Source of the DNA: an uncultured virus (IMG/VR IMGVR_UViG_3300047172_000194)
Taxonomy: Duplodnaviria > Heunggongvirae > Uroviricota > Caudoviricetes
Strand: one strand, 5' to 3'
Length of the DNA stretch: 20,000 bases
Virus record (IMG/VR): IMGVR_UViG_3300047172_000194
A program made the position numbers and the translations under genes. Under the pieces are notes generated by a model. That model did no database searches and had not been told where the DNA came from. It saw only the letters and a list, made by a program, of their open reading frames with translations. Below are positions 15,509 through 20,000 of this stretch, piece by piece (the stretch's first letter is position 1; every line of letters starts with the position of its first letter).

Positions 15509-16060
15509 ATGTCGAACGCTACCGAACCTCTACCCCTCTCCGGGAAAATCACCGTGCCACTGGCCGCTTCATACGAGCGCGCCTTGCTGCTGGCGGCAAG
15601 CACCACCCACCGCGAGCTCTCTGACATCGTCCTGCGGGCGCTGGTCGAGTGGCTCATCGCGAACGGCTTCCTCAAGGGCGCCGAGGCCGACCTGTCGCGC
15701 CTGACCTTCGCCGTGGTGGACGAGGCCGTCGCCGCCGCCCAGTCGATCTGCAGGGCTGGCGGGTTCGACGAGGCCATCACGCTCCGGGCGATCCAGGCGT
15801 GCTGCAAGAACCCGGAATGGCTCCGCAATTACGGCGCCATCGTCGGGCCGGACAACATCTGGAAGACCGGCGTACAGGCCAAGGGCAACATCAACCGCGA
15901 GATCGGCTTCCGCATCCGGGCCGGTATCGGCGGCGTCACGGTGAAGCTCGCGGACGGCAAGACCAACGCCACGAAAAGGGTCACGGGCGAAATCATCCAG
16001 TCCTACACGCCCATGGCCAGCTACGACGATGTGACCTTCGGCCCGGCCAAGGCCGCCTGA
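15509..16060 (+). CDS. Hypothetical protein with N-terminal ribbon-helix-helix-like segment (moron)
   Basis: 183 aa; KITVPL (beta), ASYERALLLAA (helix), ELSDIVLRALVEWL (helix); own promoter and terminator. Confidence 0.7.
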   Translation: MSNATEPLPLSGKITVPLAASYERALLLAASTTHRELSDIVLRALVEWLIANGFLKGAEADLSRLTFAVVDEAVAAAQSICRAGGFDEAITLRAIQACCKNPEWLRNYGAIVGPDNIWKTGVQAKGNINREIGFRIRAGIGGVTVKLADGKTNATKRVTGEIIQSYTPMASYDDVTFGPAKAA

Positions 16061-16083
16061 CGCCGGGTGGCCGCCCACGAACG

Positions 16084-16116
16084 AAAAGAGCCCCTCCGGT
16101 TGGAGGGGCTTTTTTT
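16084..16116. terminator. Bidirectional Rho-independent terminator
   Basis: AAAAG-AGCCCCTCC-GGTT-GGAGGGGCT-TTTTTT between convergent genes 15509-16060(+) and 16126-16422(-). Confidence 0.88.
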
Positions 16117-16125
16117 ATGCCCAGA

Positions 16126-16422
16126 TCACACCGTGCCGGGCCCCATCAGCGGGATGGCCTCCGCCCGGCGCGGCATGCCGGGGGCGGGCCGGAGGCAGGC
16201 CTCCGCGGGCCCCTTTCCGCACCCGTTGCACCGCATCCGCTGGATAGCCTGGAAGACCGTTCGGCCGGGATACATCCGGCACAGTTGTGCGACATCGTAG
16301 GCGCGTCCGATGGCGCAGCCTGGCGTGCCGCACTCGACGCCCAGCCGCCAGCCTGACCAGTCCTCCAGGGACGAGCGAAGCGCCTCGCCGGTGCGCTTCC
16401 TGTTGCTGATGTTGTGCCCCAT
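16126..16422 (-). CDS. Small Zn-finger protein (CxxxxC...RCxxCG)
   Basis: 98 aa; WRLGVECGTPGC and RMRCNGCGKGP; ends at the bidirectional terminator. Confidence 0.65.
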   Translation of the reverse strand: MGHNISNRKRTGEALRSSLEDWSGWRLGVECGTPGCAIGRAYDVAQLCRMYPGRTVFQAIQRMRCNGCGKGPAEACLRPAPGMPRRAEAIPLMGPGTV

Positions 16423-16451
16423 GCCAGGCAGGATACCGGCCCGGCCGTGAA

Positions 16452-16466
16452 GAACAAGAGAAGAAC
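16452..16466. promoter_or_regulatory. Alphaproteobacterial LexA (SOS) box
   Basis: GAAC-AAGAGAA-GAAC is a perfect GAAC-N7-GAAC (GTTC-N7-GTTC on the minus strand) in a short divergent intergenic region. Confidence 0.75.
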
Positions 16467-16505
16467 ACGCTTGCGCCGGTCATGCATCCTCGTTACGGTC
16501 CGCCC

Positions 16506-16769
16506 ATGGACTGGGACGCCTGCATAGACATCGTAACCGCTCACCTCGAGCCGGGAGCCGCCGCCCCTGGCGACGCGGTGGCGAAAGTGAGGGCCGCCGT
16601 GGAGCGGCTGCCGGGCGCGTCGTGGGTAAGCGTGGCGTGGTGCGGCGACCTGCCCGCGCAGCGCTGGCTGCGCGTGTTCCGCCGCGGTTCGTCCATGCCC
16701 GTCGATGGCCCCGAATGGGACAAGGTGCGCCGCGACGTCGAGCGCGCGGTCACGCTGGCGCTGGCCTAG
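16506..16769 (+). CDS. Hypothetical protein
   Basis: MDWDACIDIVTAHL... (start 16482 or 16506); divergent from the Zn-finger gene; stop overlaps the GIY-YIG stop. Confidence 0.5.
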   Translation: MDWDACIDIVTAHLEPGAAAPGDAVAKVRAAVERLPGASWVSVAWCGDLPAQRWLRVFRRGSSMPVDGPEWDKVRRDVERAVTLALA

Positions 16770-17488
16770 GTATCCTCGTCCTCGGTCTCGCCTTCGGTCG
16801 CGACGATGGCGGGGCCGCCCAGCGCGACATAGCGTCGTTCCGCGAGCCACTGCAGCCGCGTGGCCTGCGTAAGAAGCACCCGTCGCAGGCCGCCCTGGAC
16901 CTGTCGCTCCGCAATGACCTGGGCGAGTCGGGATATGATCAACGCCCGCCTGGCCGTCCGGAAATCCGGGTGCGACCTGAGCGCCCGGACGCGGTCCGAG
17001 ACCACGGTTGACCGGAAGGACGGCGGCACCGGGACGGCCGTGGTGCCGGGCGGCGGATCCTTCTCGTTCAGGATGGCCTTGAACTTGGAGCCGTCCACGG
17101 CGGCAGCGGTGATGATCCGCTCAAGGGCGTTCAGGTGCACCTTGGCGGCGACATCCTTGCTGTTGGTGGACTGGAACTGAGGCAGCGGCCACACCTCGAT
17201 CTCGAAAACCTCGAACGGGTCCAGGACAGACATGGCCACGGCGTCCGTCCTCTGATTCGTGAGGTGGCGTCGTATTCGGGTGCGAAGCAGTTCATTGGTC
17301 TGCCCGACGTAGATGGGCTCGCCGTCGTAGTCGTAGAAGGCGTAGACGCCCCAGCGGAAGTTGCCCACCTTCATGGCGTCGCCGGAGCCCGGATCGAACG
17401 GGGTGTCCAGGAAGATGAGCAGCTGGTCACGTAGGTCGGCCGTCTCGAATGGCGGCCGCTTGTCGCTGTCTTGCGCGAGCCTCGCCAC
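16766..17488 (-). CDS. GIY-YIG endonuclease, candidate restriction enzyme
   Basis: GVYAF...IYVGQT...LRTRIRRH, later LE and LN motifs; GTG start overlaps the MTase stop (TAGTG). Confidence 0.85.
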   Translation of the reverse strand: MARLAQDSDKRPPFETADLRDQLLIFLDTPFDPGSGDAMKVGNFRWGVYAFYDYDGEPIYVGQTNELLRTRIRRHLTNQRTDAVAMSVLDPFEVFEIEVWPLPQFQSTNSKDVAAKVHLNALERIITAAAVDGSKFKAILNEKDPPPGTTAVPVPPSFRSTVVSDRVRALRSHPDFRTARRALIISRLAQVIAERQVQGGLRRVLLTQATRLQWLAERRYVALGGPAIVATEGETEDEDT

Positions 17489-18636
17489 TACGCCGCCACG
17501 CGCTCCGCACTGCGGGCAGCCGCCGCGTCAGCCAGCGGCTCCAGCAGGAACTTTGCTAGGTGACGTACGACCGGCACGGCCACGCCGTCACCGGCGACAT
17601 GGTAGGCGTCGTTGTATCGGGCGGGCAGCTTGTATGCCTCGCGCAGTCCCATGAGCCGGGCGAGCTCGCGCGGGGACAGCAGACGCGTCCTTACGACGGG
17701 GCCCTCGACGATGACGATGGTCTGGCGAGAACTACCGCCGGACGGCGTCCGCAGGCATCCCGCCACGCCGTCGAACCGGACCTCGGATTTCACGGCGCCA
17801 TCCCGGGTCCTGCGGTAGATGCAGCCGACCTGCCTTTTCCCGGTCGCCTGCGCAGCTTTCAGCTTGGCCCTGTTCGCGGGCGACATCTGGGAAACGAGCT
17901 TCTTGGTGTGCGCCGCCGTGTGCCACTCGACGCCGCGGGGCTCTTCCTCGACGATGCTTGCAAGCGTGGGGCGGCGCCCCATCGGCAGCGGCATCGCCCA
18001 CCACCGCCAGGACGCACGGAGCGTCTCGGGCAGGCGGTCGAATGCGCGCTGGACGGCGGTCGGGTGCCAATGGTCCTGCGGGCCCAGGGCGAGCAGCTCG
18101 CGCGGGACCTCGACGCCCTCGGCGACCCCGATGACGAACAGCCGGGGCCTGCTCTGCGGAAGGAAAAGACGCGCATCCACGACCACGGCGCCGAACGTGT
18201 AGCCGCAGCTCGCGAAGGCGGCCGCGACGATGGAGAAGTCCTTTCCGCCGTTCGACGTAAGCGCGCCGACGACGTTCTCGAACGCGATGACCCGCGGCGC
18301 CTTTCCGGCGGCCTTGAGCGCCCGGATCAGGCCCCACCACTTCCAAAACGCGCCGCTCCGGGTCTGCTCTCCATCCTCGCTGCCGAAGCCGACCTGGTTC
18401 CCGGCCAAGGAAACGTCTTGGCAAGGCGTCGAGCCCCACGCGAGGTCGGCGGCCGGGATGTCGTCGACCTTCAGGGCACCGACGTCGCCAAGGACGAAGT
18501 GGTCGCTGCCGTGGTTTTCCCTGTAGACCGCCGCCTTCATCACGCTGAAGTCGTTGGCGAAGGTGCACGTCCACCCTTGGCCCAGTCCCTCCCGGGCCAT
18601 TCCGCCCCCGGCGAAGAATTCCGTGAATGTGCGCAT
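17488..18636 (-). CDS. dcm: DNA (cytosine-5) methyltransferase
   Basis: Motif I EFFAGGG, IV GSTPCQDVS.AG, VI FENV, VIII PQSRPRLF, IX RLLSPRELARLMG, X GDGVAVPV; start 18636 (or TTG 18657). Confidence 0.95.
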   Translation of the reverse strand: MRTFTEFFAGGGMAREGLGQGWTCTFANDFSVMKAAVYRENHGSDHFVLGDVGALKVDDIPAADLAWGSTPCQDVSLAGNQVGFGSEDGEQTRSGAFWKWWGLIRALKAAGKAPRVIAFENVVGALTSNGGKDFSIVAAAFASCGYTFGAVVVDARLFLPQSRPRLFVIGVAEGVEVPRELLALGPQDHWHPTAVQRAFDRLPETLRASWRWWAMPLPMGRRPTLASIVEEEPRGVEWHTAAHTKKLVSQMSPANRAKLKAAQATGKRQVGCIYRRTRDGAVKSEVRFDGVAGCLRTPSGGSSRQTIVIVEGPVVRTRLLSPRELARLMGLREAYKLPARYNDAYHVAGDGVAVPVVRHLAKFLLEPLADAAAARSAERVAA

Positions 18637-18721
18637 TTTGCGGACACTAGACGGCAAGGATTCCGTGCCGCAAGCGGGGATGCGGCGACTTTGTCAAACA
18701 TCTCGTCGGTGTGGCAAGGAT

Positions 18722-19159
18722 TCAGCGGTGGCCGGGCGGCCCGAGGAATGAAAGGATTCGCTCCGGCAGCGCGGGGTTTCGCAGCTCGCACTCCCAGATC
18801 TCCATGACGCGCCAGCCGAGCGCCGCCAGCGCTTCGAGGTTCCGGGCGTCGCGCGCCATGTTCCCGGCGATCTTGGCCGTCCAGTAGTCCCGGCGGGTAG
18901 CGGGCACCCTCGCGCCGCGCGGGCATAGGTGCCCATGGAACCAGCAACCCCGGATCTCTAGGACGGCGCGGCGGACGGGGAAGACGAGGTCGGGCTTGCC
19001 CGGCATCGCCTTGACGTGGAGCCGGTAGCGGTATCCGAGTCGGTGGAGCATGCGGCGGACCTGCATCTCCGGCTTGGTGTCGGTGGACCGGACGGCCGCC
19101 ATCGTCTTCCGGCGGATGTCCGATATTGGCGGCTGGCGAGGTGGATCGGGCGATGGCAT
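18722..19159 (-). CDS. vsr: Very-short-patch repair endonuclease Vsr
   Basis: RRKTMAAVRSTDTKPEMQVRRMLH..GYRYRLH...PGKPDLVF, IRGCWFHGH.C, P.TRRDYW..KI..N..RD, LGWRVMEIWEC. Confidence 0.95.
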   Translation of the reverse strand: MPSPDPPRQPPISDIRRKTMAAVRSTDTKPEMQVRRMLHRLGYRYRLHVKAMPGKPDLVFPVRRAVLEIRGCWFHGHLCPRGARVPATRRDYWTAKIAGNMARDARNLEALAALGWRVMEIWECELRNPALPERILSFLGPPGHR

Positions 19160-19168
19160 CGTGGGTGC

Positions 19169-19456
19169 ATGAGTAGCATCAGGCAGGCGGACGGGAGCAG
19201 CGACAGGCGATGGATCGTGCTGTCCGAGGACGGTCGGATGGCGACGCTCGGGCGGGCGCGGGACCCTTCGGATGACGAGGTAGCGCGGGCCGAGACCGAT
19301 CTGGTCGGCCGCGGGCTCGCCGGTTGGCTGGCGATCCAGAGCCACTCGTTTCATGCCGAGGGGCCGCCGCCGAGCTTCATGGAAGTCCGGGCGTTGGGTG
19401 AGCCGACGGTCCCGTTCGAGACGGCGGTTGCCGCACTGCGCGCGGCCATGGCCTGA
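19169..19456 (+). CDS. Hypothetical protein
   Basis: 95 aa; RWIVLSEDGRMATLGRARDPSDDEVARAE..L..RGLAGWLA; protein-like composition and codon use. Confidence 0.6.
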   Translation: MSSIRQADGSSDRRWIVLSEDGRMATLGRARDPSDDEVARAETDLVGRGLAGWLAIQSHSFHAEGPPPSFMEVRALGEPTVPFETAVAALRAAMA

Positions 19457-19484
19457 TGGCGCCCTCACTATATAAGAGGTTGCC

Positions 19485-19748
19485 TTGACCGACCGCGTCG
19501 CCAGCATCTTCCGGAAGAAACCGCGGGGTAGCGCTCCAGAGCGCCCGGTCAAGTTCAAGCAGGGCTACAGGTTGCGGCCGCCCGGGTTGACCGGGAACGA
19601 CAGGAACCGGATTGAGCACGCCGTCCATGTCGCGACCCTCGAGGAAGTCGCCGACCTTCTGACCAAGGGGCATTCGGTGTGGGTCGGCGCCGAGGGCCAG
19701 AAGAGATCGCTGGTCAGCCTGTCGGGGCTCGAAATCCGATGGGCGTGA
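19485..19748 (+). CDS. Hypothetical basic protein
   Basis: 87 aa, TTG start after AGAGG; HAVHVATLEEVADLL.KGHSVWV...RSLVS. Confidence 0.55.
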   Translation: MTDRVASIFRKKPRGSAPERPVKFKQGYRLRPPGLTGNDRNRIEHAVHVATLEEVADLLTKGHSVWVGAEGQKRSLVSLSGLEIRWA

Positions 19749-19873
19749 ACGGTGTGGCCGCAAGGGATTTTTACACCCCAACCCCAACCATCCCTGGGGC
19801 GTCGGACGGCACTCCCGAAAAACACCCCGGTTTTTTACACGGACCCCTTTGAAATCATTGCTTTCTTACTATC

Positions 19874-19913
19874 CACGTTGGTAACACGGGTTCGAATCCC
19901 GTACGGGACGCCA
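19874..19913 (+). mobile_element. Prophage attachment site (attR/attL core): 3' half of a tRNA-Glu-like gene
   Basis: CAC-GTTGG (anticodon loop end plus 3' stem), TAAC (4-nt variable loop), ACGGG-TTCGAAT-CCCGT (T arm), ACGGGAC-G-CCA; the upstream sequence has no matching 5' acceptor or D arm. Confidence 0.85.
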
Positions 19914-20000
19914 AAACCATCCTATTGCGTCGAGTGATGCGCCAACACAGTCCGAAGCATCCGCTCGGCTAGCGAAAACATGATCAGTTGAGAGCGCGCC

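Larger units (their letters stand above)
1..19913 (+). mobile_element. Right part of an integrated contractile-tailed prophage
   Basis: Contiguous baseplate, fibre and lysis genes, accessory arm, and terminal tRNA-fragment att site. Confidence 0.92.

Noticed and set aside
19160..19558. N-terminal extension of Vsr (278-aa ORF call)
   Set aside because: The extension lacks Vsr similarity and overlaps two plausible plus-strand genes; Vsr homology starts near 19159.
19840..19913. Complete tRNA gene
   Set aside because: No 5' acceptor strand (expected GTCCCGT) or D arm upstream; only the 3' half is present.

Overview
Right-hand end of a GC-rich temperate myovirus-type prophage, probably in an alphaproteobacterium (inferred from a GAAC-N7-GAAC LexA box). 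In order: a P2/Mu-like baseplate and tail module (gpX-, gpD-, gpV-, gpW-, gpJ- and gpI-like genes, a coiled-coil fibre, a beta-helix tailspike and a chaperone), interrupted between gpD and gpV by two non-structural genes. Next comes an unusual cluster ahead of the lysis genes: a T5 A1-like metallophosphoesterase/nuclease translationally coupled to a small protein with a DinJ/RelB-like C-terminus and an RMF/CrpP-like protein, then a 52-aa signal peptide plus VPLPA/PEP-CTERM-like micro-protein. The lysis cassette follows (GH19 endolysin, holin, i- and o-spanins). The accessory right arm holds an RHH-type gene between twin terminators, a divergent gene pair around the LexA box, and a vsr / C5-methyltransferase / GIY-YIG nuclease operon. 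The element ends at an attachment site formed by the 3' half of a tRNA-Glu-like gene (19874-19913). All family calls are from motif recognition by eye, with no database searches run.
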